In this document: positions 19,486-29,653 of the stretch, piece after piece
Layout: the number at the start of each line of letters is the position of its first letter
Position numbering within the stretch: the stretch's first letter is position 1
DNA from: Nanobdellota archaeon
GTDB lineage: Archaea > Nanobdellota > Nanobdellia > Pacearchaeales > GW2011-AR1
Assembly (NCBI GenBank): GCA_038045705.1
Contig: JBBSXO010000006.1
Span: forward strand, 32,001 to 96,000
Direction of reading: 5' to 3'
Length of the DNA: 64,000 nt
Translations under genes and position numbers: made by a program
Notes under the pieces: generated by a model
Told to the model about the DNA's origin: nothing
What the model saw: only the letters and a program-made list of their open reading frames with translations
Databases searched by the model: none

Positions 19486-20547
19486 TTAAACCGCCATCAT
19501 TCTTTTTATTGTTGGATGAGGATTATAACTCTTTAATTCAAAATCATCTACAGTCAAATCTTCTAGTTTTTTTGGGGTGATTCTCAATACAGGAAGATTT
19601 TTTGGTTTTCTAGCAAGTTGTTCTATTATTCCCGTAACATGATCTAACCCTTGTTCAAGATTTTCTTCAACAGGTGCATTTTGCTCAATATGTTCTTTTA
19701 TCTGGAGAAAGTCTTCTGCAGTGGAAGCACCTCTAACTCTTGTTTTAAGATCTCTTAAACTGTCATTATACCATTTTCCTCTTTCTCCCCTCCCACAATA
19801 GAAATGAGCATCTCCAAAACTGTGTACAAATCTTCCTGCTTTGAGTCCTACTTGTTCAGCAATTATATGAGTTAATAAAGCATAACCAGCAATATTAAAT
19901 GGAACTCCTAGAAACATATCAGCAGATCTCTGATACATATTACAGTCTAACTTATCTCCAGCAACATTAAATTGAAAAATTGAATGGCATGGAGGTAAAG
20001 CCATATTATCTACTTCAGCTACATTCCAAGCACTAACCATCAGCCTTCTAGAATTAGGAGATTTCCTTAAAGTTTCGGCAACTTTTCTAATTTGATCAAT
20101 CTCAGCACCTTCAATAGTCTTCCATTTTCTCCATTGTTTCCCATAAACATCTCCTAATGTTCCATGTTTAATTGCAAATTCATCATCATCTATAACTTTA
20201 GAAATAAAAGCAGTTTTTTCGTCAACCCATTGTTGAGTGTAAGGTCTAACCTCCTCCTGTCTGCCTTGACTTCTGAGATAATGATGAAAAGCATTATCGT
20301 CCCATATATGAACTTCATTCTTTAATAGTTTCCTGATATTTGTGTCTCCACTTAGAAACCATAATAGTTCATGTACCACATGTTTGAAAGGTATTTTTTT
20401 TGTAGTAGCTAGCGGAAATCCTTCTGACAAGTCATATTCGGTTTGTCCTCCAAATCTTGATAGGCTATCAACTCCCGTCCTGTTTGGTTTGTATACTGTA
20501 TATTTATCAAATAAAACTCTGACTGCATGAGAAAGATATTGATCCAT
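19486..20547 (-). CDS. thyA: Thymidylate synthase (with insertions)
   Basis: RTG, ELLWFL, SRR, ALPPCH, QRSADMFLGVPFNIA and GDAH motifs. Confidence 0.96.
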   Translation of the reverse strand: MDQYLSHAVRVLFDKYTVYKPNRTGVDSLSRFGGQTEYDLSEGFPLATTKKIPFKHVVHELLWFLSGDTNIRKLLKNEVHIWDDNAFHHYLRSQGRQEEVRPYTQQWVDEKTAFISKVIDDDEFAIKHGTLGDVYGKQWRKWKTIEGAEIDQIRKVAETLRKSPNSRRLMVSAWNVAEVDNMALPPCHSIFQFNVAGDKLDCNMYQRSADMFLGVPFNIAGYALLTHIIAEQVGLKAGRFVHSFGDAHFYCGRGERGKWYNDSLRDLKTRVRGASTAEDFLQIKEHIEQNAPVEENLEQGLDHVTGIIEQLARKPKNLPVLRITPKKLEDLTVDDFELKSYNPHPTIKRMMAV

Positions 20548-20601
20548 AGCTAAAAAAAGTTATTTTGTTTTTAATAGATATGTATTCTGAAAAGCATACA
20601 A

Positions 20602-21222
20602 TCACAACTTACTCAAATAATCTTTAATAAACGGCCATGAAATACGAGTCCAAGATTCTACTTCATTATTTGAACTAGAGAATATCTCCTCAATCTCGTT
20701 TATCGAGTAAAATTTACCATGAGTCATATCTTCAATAGGTTTAACTTCGTGATCTGTTTCAGCCAAAGCTACAATGCCAAAATGCACTTCACCCACAGTA
20801 TCGCTATCATCATTAACAAATCCAACAATTTTAGGGATAGGATATTCTTTAATAAATACTTCTTCTTTTAATTCTCTAATCATTGCATCAAGTATGGGGT
20901 TATCAGAATTTTCTTCAGTTTTTTTATCAATATGTCCTCCGACACCACCAGAAAATTTGTCTCGTAATCTACCCTCATTACCCGTTTTTGATCTTTTATA
21001 TAAAAAAATTTTTTTCTCAGATGGGTTTAATATCCATACATAAGGAATTGGTTGTTTTATCGAAGAATCATTCTCAAGTCCATGAGTTCTAATTAAATAA
21101 TTATAATTTTCAAGTATTATATCTAAATAATTTTTTTCATCAATAGGATTAAATCCTTGAAAGTCACTTTCTTTAAACAAAACATCTCTCTTAACAACCA
21201 GAATCTCATCACCCATTCCCAT
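20602..21222 (-). CDS. NUDIX family phosphoesterase
   Basis: KQPIPY, GVGGHI, RELKEEV and VGEVHFG motifs. Confidence 0.85.
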   Translation of the reverse strand: MGMGDEILVVKRDVLFKESDFQGFNPIDEKNYLDIILENYNYLIRTHGLENDSSIKQPIPYVWILNPSEKKIFLYKRSKTGNEGRLRDKFSGGVGGHIDKKTEENSDNPILDAMIRELKEEVFIKEYPIPKIVGFVNDDSDTVGEVHFGIVALAETDHEVKPIEDMTHGKFYSINEIEEIFSSSNNEVESWTRISWPFIKDYLSKL

Positions 21223-21254
21223 AAATCAAAATAATAAAATACCTATTTAAAGAT

Positions 21255-22295
21255 TTATATGAATTTTTTTCTAAAACGAGACATAACCCTTTTTTCAATA
21301 CAAGACTTCAATATCGCAGGAATCCAGCCAGTCATAATAAATTTTTTATATTCAATTACTCCAGAATTCTTTCCTAAAGATATTACCATCAGTCTTTTCT
21401 TGGAGATATATTTCTGCATCTTTCTCCCATTCATATGAGCAAGTAAATTTTGAGCTACAACTTTACCATGTTTCTCTGCATTTTGAGCAGTCTTTTCTTC
21501 AACTATGTTTGAGACATCACCAGCTACAAATATGTTTTCCATTTGTGGAATTTGCAAATACTCATTTACCTCTATTCCTTTAGGTGCAAATTTTGAAAAA
21601 TCTCCTTGCATAAATCCAATATTTGGTTTTATACCTACTGTAAAAAAAGCCATATCGTAATGGTATTTTTTCCCAGATTCTCCAATTATTTCTTTTTTAG
21701 TTTTATCAACTATTTTTTCATTAAAGTTCATTTCAACCCCTCTTTTTTCTAGAAATTTTCTGGCGTATTCGCTAGTCTTTTCATTGTTTCTTTCAAGTAG
21801 TTTTGGACCTGCACTAATAATAGAAATTTTTTTGTCATTATAGTGGGTTGCTAGCTCCGTAGCAAGTTCAACCCCTACCAGACCACCTCCAACGATCACA
21901 ATCCTATTAGATTTCTGTATTTTTTTATTAGCTTCAAGTAAGTGTTTAACTCTTGTAGCAAAGAAAGTATCTTCTTCTTTTATGGGATTATTATAATTGC
22001 TTCCAGAGGCTATAACTAGGTAATCATAATTTATTTTCTCATTACTAGCAAGTATAACTTTATTATCTTCAATCTTCTTAACATGACCAACAACAACCTT
22101 AGTATTTGATAAATAATCTTTATGTTTTACATGTAATTTCTTATAATGTTCAGGTTCTACAAGCACACGCAATATACCAGGAGTATATTCAAAGTAATCT
22201 TCAGTGTCAATTAAAGTTAAATTGCATTTACCATTAAGTTTTTTAGCAACAGTTGTCCCAGCAAAACCACCACCAATAATCACAACCTTTTTCAT
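21255..22295 (-). CDS. NAD(P)/FAD-dependent oxidoreductase (AIFM2/NDH-2-like)
   Basis: GGGFAG, GGGLVGVELA and FVAGD motifs. Confidence 0.88.
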   Translation of the reverse strand: MKKVVIIGGGFAGTTVAKKLNGKCNLTLIDTEDYFEYTPGILRVLVEPEHYKKLHVKHKDYLSNTKVVVGHVKKIEDNKVILASNEKINYDYLVIASGSNYNNPIKEEDTFFATRVKHLLEANKKIQKSNRIVIVGGGLVGVELATELATHYNDKKISIISAGPKLLERNNEKTSEYARKFLEKRGVEMNFNEKIVDKTKKEIIGESGKKYHYDMAFFTVGIKPNIGFMQGDFSKFAPKGIEVNEYLQIPQMENIFVAGDVSNIVEEKTAQNAEKHGKVVAQNLLAHMNGRKMQKYISKKRLMVISLGKNSGVIEYKKFIMTGWIPAILKSCIEKRVMSRFRKKFI

Positions 22296-22485
22296 ATAAC
22301 TAATAAAAATCTCAGAATTATAAGGTTATTCTTTTAGAATGTTTAAGATAGTAATACTTCCTACCATCAACAATTTTAGTAATTATTTTCATAAATCTAT
22401 TATACCTACAAACTACTTAAATTTTGCTATTTTAGCAAAATGTGGGTATAAAGTCTCGCTTTATTTTTACATGCGTTAGCAAATA

Positions 22486-22950
22486 TCAATAATCATAATA
22501 TCCTTCATCTTCAAAACCTTCATTCCCAAAGCCCCTAAGTTTACCCACCAAACCAGCAACTTGAACCCTTTCAATATGTTTTAGAGAATTGAAGACTGAA
22601 GCAAGATTATCCCATCCATAAGTATCAGGAAGCTGTTTTTTAAGAAAAAGTAATCTCGCTTCAACCTCTTCTATTCCTGGAAATGGTGTTGTCGCTTGTG
22701 CCACACAAAACCCCACAGAAAATCCCCAATTAGTGTTAATAGGGTATAGAATTAAATCAACATTTTTTCGCACAATTTTCAAAAGTCGTTCTGCCTCCCA
22801 TTCATTTATTTTTTTATCAGGGTGATAACAATCAAACTCTACTTTCCCAGTAAGACGAATATCATATTCCCTAACATAATGAAGACGTTTGTCAAGTCTT
22901 TCTAAAAATTTCAAATCAGACTCTGAAGCAACTTCCACATGACCAACCAT
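22486..22950 (-). CDS. Hypothetical protein
   Basis: 154-aa ORF with an upstream TATA-like box. Confidence 0.6.
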   Translation of the reverse strand: MVGHVEVASESDLKFLERLDKRLHYVREYDIRLTGKVEFDCYHPDKKINEWEAERLLKIVRKNVDLILYPINTNWGFSVGFCVAQATTPFPGIEEVEARLLFLKKQLPDTYGWDNLASVFNSLKHIERVQVAGLVGKLRGFGNEGFEDEGYYDY

Positions 22951-23014
22951 AAATAATAATTACATTTAGAATTTATAAGTATTATCTAGAAACAAAACAT
23001 CTATTGATAATTTA

Positions 23015-23323
23015 TTATTCCTTAATATCTATCTTAATCTGAACACTTCTTGGAATCTTAAGCATCATTAATGGGCGTAAAACTCTGTCTTGAGCAGGCA
23101 TGTCAATAATTCTTTTATGAACTCTCATTTCAAATCTGTCAAAAGTAGCGGTTCCATTTCCACAGGGGGACTTTCTTGTAGTAACCTTCATGTGTCTTGT
23201 TGGTAGTGGAATAGGACCCCTCATATTAATACCAGATTTATCAGAAAGGTCTTTAATCATTCCAATAACTGAGTTCAACTGACCTATATCTATACTTGAT
23301 AGTTTTATTCTTACTACGCCCAT
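23015..23323 (-). CDS. rpsJ: 30S ribosomal protein uS10
   Basis: GPIPLPT, TRKSPCGNG and MRVHKRII motifs (archaeal type); start placed at the ATG of MGVVRIKL. Confidence 0.95.
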   Translation of the reverse strand: MGVVRIKLSSIDIGQLNSVIGMIKDLSDKSGINMRGPIPLPTRHMKVTTRKSPCGNGTATFDRFEMRVHKRIIDMPAQDRVLRPLMMLKIPRSVQIKIDIKE

Positions 23324-23545
23324 GTTGTCCCAAAGCAAAAAACGGTTCTTAAACCTTGCGGTAGATGACAAGTTTTAAGCTCGAGAATATCAGTTTTTGT
23401 TATCAAAAAATCGATGCGATTGGTACTAGATTTTTGGATGCATGAAAATTCTTTAAATAGAGAATTTTCTGCACAGAAGTTTGTTTGTAAAGACAAACTT
23501 CTTGTGCTCATGATGTTAAGAGACATCGAGACATAAAATTACGTT

Positions 23546-26230
23546 TCATTCAAATCTTTTCTGAACTAATATCCCTACTAAACTCAAGAGAAACACAATA
23601 AAAGTAGTTATTGCTATACGAGACCAGTCCATAAAAGAAAGAGGAATAGTATCAAATAAATTACCAAGGGGTGTATAGAGAACCATTAACTGTAATATAA
23701 ATGAGGCAAATACAGCAAGAAACAACCAGAAATTACTAAATGTAGGGATATTAGCTTCTTTCCTAACAATGTAAACTCTTGCAAGTTCAAGAACAACAAT
23801 AGAAGTAAACGCAATAGTTTGTGCATGGGCTATATCATTAAAGCTACTCAAACTCCAAGTAAATAATGCAAGAACTCCAGCAACAATCAAAGAAGAGGTA
23901 TAAAACATACTAAACAATCTACCTCTAGTTAATATTGGTTCATCTTTTTTTCTAGGTGCTTTTTCCATTGAGCCCTTAGGGTATGGGTCAACACTCAATG
24001 CTAAAGCAGGCAATCCATCAGTAACCAGATTTATCCATAATAACATTAAAGCAGTGAATGGTAGAGGCAACCCAAATATTATTGCTAGGACAACTATCAT
24101 AACTTCAGCTAAATTAGAAGAAAGTAAGTATTTTACAAAAGAAATGATATTGGAATAAATTCCCCTTCCTTCCTCAACAGCTGAAACGATAGTTGAAAAA
24201 TTATCATCTATTAAGATCATATCACTCGCTTCTTTAGAAACATCTGTTCCCTTGATACCCATTGCAATTCCCAAATTTGCAGATTTCAAAGCAGGAGCAT
24301 CATTTACTCCATCTCCAGTCATAGCTACAATGGCTCCCGATTCTTGCAACAATTTAACAATTTCTAGTTTGTGGGCAGGTTCAACCCTAGCAAATATATT
24401 TGTTGTCTTTATTATTTGTCTCTTCTCTATACTGCCTAACTGTGCAAAATGAACTCCTTCAATACTTTCCACAGTTAAACCAATATCTTTAGCGATAGCA
24501 CTAGCAGTATTAATATTGTCTCCAGTAATCATTATTACTCTAATTCCAGCATTTTTTGTCCTGACAATATAATCTTTAATCTCTGGTTTAGGAGGGTCGA
24601 TCATTCCTTGAAGACCTACAAATATCAAATCGCTTTCAGACATTTTTTCTTTTTTTCTAGCTATTTTATAAGCAAAGCCTAAAACTCGTAAAGCACTAGA
24701 AGCGTATAATTTATTTTTATCTAAAATTTCTTTACGTATTTTATCTGTAAATCTAACAATTCTATTATCTATAAAGATATAATTACATTTTTCTATAATC
24801 CTTTCAGGAGCACCTTTAGTACAAAATAAAAACTTACTCCCATCTTTGTGAAGAGTACTCATCATTTTTCTCGAAGCATCAAAAGGCAATTCATCTACTC
24901 TAACAAATTTTTCTCGAAGCTCTCTATAATTTAACCCAGCTTTAAGAGCACTAACAAGTAAAGCAGCCTCAGTAGGGTCCCCAGTAATAGTCACCTCTTG
25001 AGTTTTATGCAAAACAGCATTATTGCACAAAGCTCCAATCTTCAAGATAAGTGAATCTTTTTCAGTAAATGTTTTTCCGTTTAAAGATATCAAACCTTTA
25101 TCAAAGTAACCTTCTCCAGATACAACATAATCTTTTTTATTTGTAAAAATATTTCTTACAGTCATTTCATTTTTAGTTAAAGTTCCAGTCTTATCACAGC
25201 ATATTACATTAGTCTCACCTAAAGTTTCGACAGAAGGCAATCTTCTAATCAATGAATTTTTTTTAAGAAGCCTTTTAACACCTATCGCAAGAGATATAGT
25301 AACAACAGCAGGTAGACCTTCAGGAACAGCAGCAACAGCAAGGGCAATAGCCGTTAGTAACCATGTTCTAACGTGCTTTCCAAAGTTAGAATAATCTCCT
25401 GCTAGTAATTCATAGATTAAACCTTCACGAAAGAAACCAATCAAAAATATAAGTAGTGAAACAAAGATAACCCCAAGACCAACATATTTTCCAAATTTAT
25501 CTAATTTAATCTGCAGGGGGGTAGCTTCTTTTTTAACATCATTTAAAAGATGAGCTATTTTTCCTAACTCAGTTTTCATACCTGTAGAAGTTACAATGCA
25601 AAGACCACGACCATTAGTTATTAAAGTCCCAGAAAAAATCATATTCTTTTGGTCATTAATTACAAGATTCCCAATGAGTGCATCAGAAAGTTTAGAACTA
25701 GGAGAAGATTCTCCAGTTAAAGAAGATTCTAAACAAGAGAGTGAGTGACTTTCAATAACGCGAGCATCAGCAGGAACTTTATCTCCCTCTTCAACAACAA
25801 TTATATCTCCTGGTACAATTTCTTTAGAATCTATCTCGCGAAGTTCTTTGTTTCTTATTACTCTAGCTTTAAGTGAAGACAATTTCTTTAAAGATTCAAT
25901 AGACTTCTCAGCCCTATATTCTTGAACAAATCCAAAAGTAGCGTTTAAGAGTAAAATAGCAAATATTACTACAGAATCAATATACTCTTTAAGAAGAACT
26001 GAAATAAGTAGGGCAAATATAAGTAAATAAATAATAAAACTTCTAAACTGTCTAAAGAATATAATTAAACCAGAAACAGAACTTTCTTTTTTTATTTCAT
26101 TAAACCCAAAATCCGTTAGTCTTTGTTTAGCTATAACCTCTGTCAACCCAGTTTTACTACTAGATCCAAATTGAGAAATTACCTTATTAATTTCTAAAGA
26201 ATAATATCTATCACCCATTTTAACAAACAA
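23546..26230 (-). CDS. P-type ATPase, Ca2+-transporting IIA type
   Basis: TGES, PEGLP, DKTGT, KGAPE, TGDGVND and NLVTDG motifs. Confidence 0.95.
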   Translation of the reverse strand: MFVKMGDRYYSLEINKVISQFGSSSKTGLTEVIAKQRLTDFGFNEIKKESSVSGLIIFFRQFRSFIIYLLIFALLISVLLKEYIDSVVIFAILLLNATFGFVQEYRAEKSIESLKKLSSLKARVIRNKELREIDSKEIVPGDIIVVEEGDKVPADARVIESHSLSCLESSLTGESSPSSKLSDALIGNLVINDQKNMIFSGTLITNGRGLCIVTSTGMKTELGKIAHLLNDVKKEATPLQIKLDKFGKYVGLGVIFVSLLIFLIGFFREGLIYELLAGDYSNFGKHVRTWLLTAIALAVAAVPEGLPAVVTISLAIGVKRLLKKNSLIRRLPSVETLGETNVICCDKTGTLTKNEMTVRNIFTNKKDYVVSGEGYFDKGLISLNGKTFTEKDSLILKIGALCNNAVLHKTQEVTITGDPTEAALLVSALKAGLNYRELREKFVRVDELPFDASRKMMSTLHKDGSKFLFCTKGAPERIIEKCNYIFIDNRIVRFTDKIRKEILDKNKLYASSALRVLGFAYKIARKKEKMSESDLIFVGLQGMIDPPKPEIKDYIVRTKNAGIRVIMITGDNINTASAIAKDIGLTVESIEGVHFAQLGSIEKRQIIKTTNIFARVEPAHKLEIVKLLQESGAIVAMTGDGVNDAPALKSANLGIAMGIKGTDVSKEASDMILIDDNFSTIVSAVEEGRGIYSNIISFVKYLLSSNLAEVMIVVLAIIFGLPLPFTALMLLWINLVTDGLPALALSVDPYPKGSMEKAPRKKDEPILTRGRLFSMFYTSSLIVAGVLALFTWSLSSFNDIAHAQTIAFTSIVVLELARVYIVRKEANIPTFSNFWLFLAVFASFILQLMVLYTPLGNLFDTIPLSFMDWSRIAITTFIVFLLSLVGILVQKRFE

Positions 26231-26263
26231 ACATTATTAAGTATAAAAATCCCCCTAAAGTAA

Positions 26264-26683
26264 ATGGGTAATATGTTTAAAAAAGTGAAAGCTAAAACGG
26301 TGGAAGAATACATTAATTCGATCACGGGAGAAAGAAAAGAACAAATTGTTTTTTTACATAATCTAATAAAAAAGACAGTTCCAAGTCTAAAACCTCACTT
26401 CGCTTACAACATGCTTGGGTATGGCTCTTTCAAATATAAAAGTAACAAGAAAGAAATGCTTAACTGGCCAGTAATTGCTTTAGCAAACCAAAAGAATTAC
26501 ATCTCATTATACATATGTGCAACAAATAATGGAAAATATATAGCAGAAGAAAATAAATCAAAATTAGGAAAGGTCAGTGTAGGAAGAAGTTGTATTAGAT
26601 TCAAAAAACTAGAAGACTTAAATCTAGAGACTCTAAAGAAAGTAATAAAACTAGCCTCAAAAAACCCAGGACTTCGAAACTAA
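26264..26683 (+). CDS. DUF1801 family protein
   Basis: TVEEYI, GYG.F.Y, QKNYISLY and GRSCIRFKK motifs. Confidence 0.8.
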   Translation: MGNMFKKVKAKTVEEYINSITGERKEQIVFLHNLIKKTVPSLKPHFAYNMLGYGSFKYKSNKKEMLNWPVIALANQKNYISLYICATNNGKYIAEENKSKLGKVSVGRSCIRFKKLEDLNLETLKKVIKLASKNPGLRN

Positions 26684-26724
26684 AATATACAAAAATTTAT
26701 ATACTATAGATATTCTATAGAATT

Positions 26725-26970
26725 ATGCAAAACCAAATAAGCACAATCCAATTAAGAGATAAAGTAAAGCAAGCACTAGACAGATTAAAACAAAAGTCTA
26801 ACGAAAGCTATGAAGAAGTAATAGTTAAGTTAATTGAAGAAAAAGAAAAAAAGGATATCAAAAAATTGCTTAAAGAACAGTGCATTGAAATGTATGATCT
26901 AGATAGAGAAATAGCAAAAGAATGGGAAGGCACTTTAATGGATGGTTTAGACAAAAATGAAAAATGGTAA
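26725..26970 (+). CDS. Antitoxin of MazF pair
   Basis: STIQL...ESYEEVI DNA-binding pattern and acidic C-terminus; overlaps mazF. Confidence 0.75.
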   Translation: MQNQISTIQLRDKVKQALDRLKQKSNESYEEVIVKLIEEKEKKDIKKLLKEQCIEMYDLDREIAKEWEGTLMDGLDKNEKW

Positions 26971-27311
26971 ATATTAAGAGGGGAGAAATTTTTTTAGCAA
27001 ACTTAGAACCAGTTAAGGGAAGCGAGCAAGGAGGGATTAGACCAGTACTAGTGATTCAAAATGACATCTCAAATGAATATAGCCCCATAACAATAGTTGC
27101 TGCACTTACATCTAAGATCAAAATTACAAAGTTTATAACAAATATATTTATTCCAAAAAGTCAGACAGGTTTAGATAAAGACTCAATAATATTGTTAAAT
27201 CAAATAAAAACAATAGATAAATCAAGAATAATAAAGAGAATAGGAACAGTAGATAATGAATTAATGAATAAAGTAGATAATGCTATAAAAATAAGTCTTG
27301 CTCTTGACTAA
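26964..27311 (+). CDS. mazF: PemK/MazF family toxin
   Basis: RGEIF, GSEQGGIRPVLVIQND and QIKTIDKSR motifs. Confidence 0.95.
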   Translation: MVNIKRGEIFLANLEPVKGSEQGGIRPVLVIQNDISNEYSPITIVAALTSKIKITKFITNIFIPKSQTGLDKDSIILLNQIKTIDKSRIIKRIGTVDNELMNKVDNAIKISLALD

Positions 27312-27327
27312 TCAAAAAATTTCTTAG

Positions 27328-27429
27328 TCAGCAAAATTCACAGACATTCTTTGCATTTTTCTTATCTTCTTTCTTCCCTTTCTCTTTTTTGTCTTTTTTC
27401 ATATCTTTCCCTTTTTTATTCTCTACCAT
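27328..27429 (-). CDS. Small Lys-rich peptide ending in CxxC (33 aa)
   Basis: Manual translation MVENKKGKDMKKDKKEKGKKEDKKNAKNVCEFC; TTTATATA about 25-30 bp upstream. Confidence 0.55.
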   Translation of the reverse strand: MVENKKGKDMKKDKKEKGKKEDKKNAKNVCEFC

Positions 27430-27719
27430 ATAAAATAAAGTCTTAACTAATATATAAATTTTATTAAACCGTAAAGTGAGCCCGGCTCCGCCGCGAAGCC
27501 GAGCTCTTTCATCTCAGTTTAGGAGATGAATATAAGAAAAACCTTGTAATGGGTTTTTAACATGCAAAAGTCTTTCTAAATGGTTATTTAAGACTTTTGA
27601 ATATCTAACCCAAACAAACTTAAAATTTAATACTAGTTGAAATCTTTAGATTGGAGTTAAGTTATTATCTTGGAGACTATCAACTGTAATCCCAAAACAC
27701 TAGCAAACTCATCAGAGTT

Positions 27720-27923
27720 TTATGATTTTAAACGTATCTTTTCCGAAGAAGATGCCTTTTTAACCTTTATCCAATAACGAATCGCAAATATTAAAAAACC
27801 AAACCCAACCACAAAATAGATTAGATGCATTTTCATGCCAAGAAACATAAAACAAAAAGTAAAGATAGAAAGAGAGGTAGCTAAAAAGAAATCGCTATCT
27901 TTCTCAGATGTGAACTGCATCAT
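27720..27923 (-). CDS. Small two-helix membrane protein
   Basis: MMQFTSEKDSDFFLATSL...; the longer track ORF overlaps the antiporter gene, so the downstream ATG was chosen. Confidence 0.45.
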   Translation of the reverse strand: MMQFTSEKDSDFFLATSLSIFTFCFMFLGMKMHLIYFVVGFGFLIFAIRYWIKVKKASSSEKIRLKS

Positions 27924-27976
27924 TGGGTGAATATCAATAGATTTAAAATCGTTTCCATTCTTTAAACCAAGAGGCG

Positions 27977-29653
27977 ATGGATAGTTTACTTTCACAAATA
28001 GGAATAATTGTAGGCATAGCTGCAATAATAGCTCTTCTTGGCAGAGTTATCAAACAACCATCAATAATAGCTTATCTAATTACAGGGGTTTTAGTAGGTC
28101 CTTTAGTCTTCAATTTAATAGATCCTACAATTCATTTACAGTCTCTAGCAAGTATAGGAATAACACTTTTACTTTTTATCATAGGAACAAGTTTAGATTT
28201 CAGAATTTTAAAAAGCGTAGGAGGAGCGTCAATTATAGGGGGTATTTCAACAGTAGTAATTGTATGTTCAGTAATATTCTTGATAGCTCAATTTCTTAAC
28301 TTTAGTTTAGTTCCAGCTTTATATATAGCCATAGCATTTTCTTTCTCAAGCGCAGTTGTGGTTGTAAAAATCCTATCCGATAAAAAAGAGATAGAAACAT
28401 TGCATGGACAGATAGCTTTGGGGATACTAATCGTAGAAAGTTTCATTGCAGCCTTAGCATTAATGATAATTCCAGTAATTTCAAACGATGGATTTTCAGG
28501 AATTTTGTCACAAATATCTAAATTTGTTTTAATGATTGCTCTAGTTGTTTTTGTTGGACATTTTATATTTTCAAAGATGTTAAGTTTTGCAGCTAAAAAT
28601 CAAGAAGTTCTTTTCCTTGTAAGCATAGCATGGGCACTAGCTGTTGGAGCAATATTCGAAATTTTAGGTTTATCTACTGAAATAGGAGCTCTAATTGCTG
28701 GAATGGTAATTGCATCTTCAAGATATAATCTGGAAATAAAATCAAAAGTAAAAGGAATAAGAGACTTTTTCGTAATTCTATTCTTCGTATATTTTGGAGC
28801 ACAGCTTTCAGCACCAATAACAACAGAGTTAGTAAAACAAGCAGTAATATTCTCAGTTTTTGTTTTAATTGGAAAACCAGTAATTGTAATGGCTCTAACA
28901 AGATCATTTGGATTCAAGAAAAGAACAAACTTTATGATTGGAACTAGCTTAACACAAGTAAGTGAATTCTCTTTAATAGTGATCTTACTTGGTTATAGTT
29001 TAGGACATATTTCCCAATCAGTATTTTCATTAACAATTCTAGTTACATTAGTTACAGTGTCTTTAAGCAGTTATGCGATTTATTTTTCAACTCCGATCTA
29101 TGAATCTATTTCCAGATTTCTAGGATTGTTTGATGGAAAAAAGAGAAACATAGGAAATAACAATAAAAAAGAAAAGTATGACATAATACTATTAGGATAT
29201 AGCAGATTAGGTTTTAATCTTGTCAAAGCTTTTGATCTTGCAAAGAAAAAATACTTAGTAGTGGATTATAATCCATTAACTATAATGAATCTTTCTAAAA
29301 GAGGGATAAATTGTGTATATGGAGATGTTAACGACTCTGAGTTTCTAAAAGGAATAAACATCAAATCAGTTAAAATGATAGTCTCAACTATACCAGATTA
29401 TTCTGCAAATCTAAACATAATAAAATCAATAAACTATAAAGAAACAACATTTATAGCAACATCAAATCAAATACATAACGCAATAGAATTATACAAAAAC
29501 GGCGCAGACTATGTTATAATGCCACATTATCTAGGTGGAGATCACATAGCAAGTATGCTCATAAGGGACAGCTTTAATAAAAAGACATTAAAAGAAGAAG
29601 GCAAAAATCATATAAAACAAATTCAAGAGAGACTAAAAGATAATTCTATCTAA
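27977..29653 (+). CDS. Kef-type (CPA2) cation:proton antiporter with TrkA-N domain
   Basis: Many transmembrane segments, QVSEFS, then GYSRLG and YGD TrkA-N motifs. Confidence 0.9.
   Translation: MDSLLSQIGIIVGIAAIIALLGRVIKQPSIIAYLITGVLVGPLVFNLIDPTIHLQSLASIGITLLLFIIGTSLDFRILKSVGGASIIGGISTVVIVCSVIFLIAQFLNFSLVPALYIAIAFSFSSAVVVVKILSDKKEIETLHGQIALGILIVESFIAALALMIIPVISNDGFSGILSQISKFVLMIALVVFVGHFIFSKMLSFAAKNQEVLFLVSIAWALAVGAIFEILGLSTEIGALIAGMVIASSRYNLEIKSKVKGIRDFFVILFFVYFGAQLSAPITTELVKQAVIFSVFVLIGKPVIVMALTRSFGFKKRTNFMIGTSLTQVSEFSLIVILLGYSLGHISQSVFSLTILVTLVTVSLSSYAIYFSTPIYESISRFLGLFDGKKRNIGNNNKKEKYDIILLGYSRLGFNLVKAFDLAKKKYLVVDYNPLTIMNLSKRGINCVYGDVNDSEFLKGINIKSVKMIVSTIPDYSANLNIIKSINYKETTFIATSNQIHNAIELYKNGADYVIMPHYLGGDHIASMLIRDSFNKKTLKEEGKNHIKQIQERLKDNSI

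Noticed and set aside
23314-23526. 70-aa ORF and upstream extension of uS10 to 23371
   Set aside because: No motif; the extension covers the rps10 promoter region
11165-27638. 13-bp TTTAATACTAGTT shared by two intergenic regions (11165-11177 and 27626-27638)
   Set aside because: AT-rich and short with only weak flanking similarity; compatible with chance
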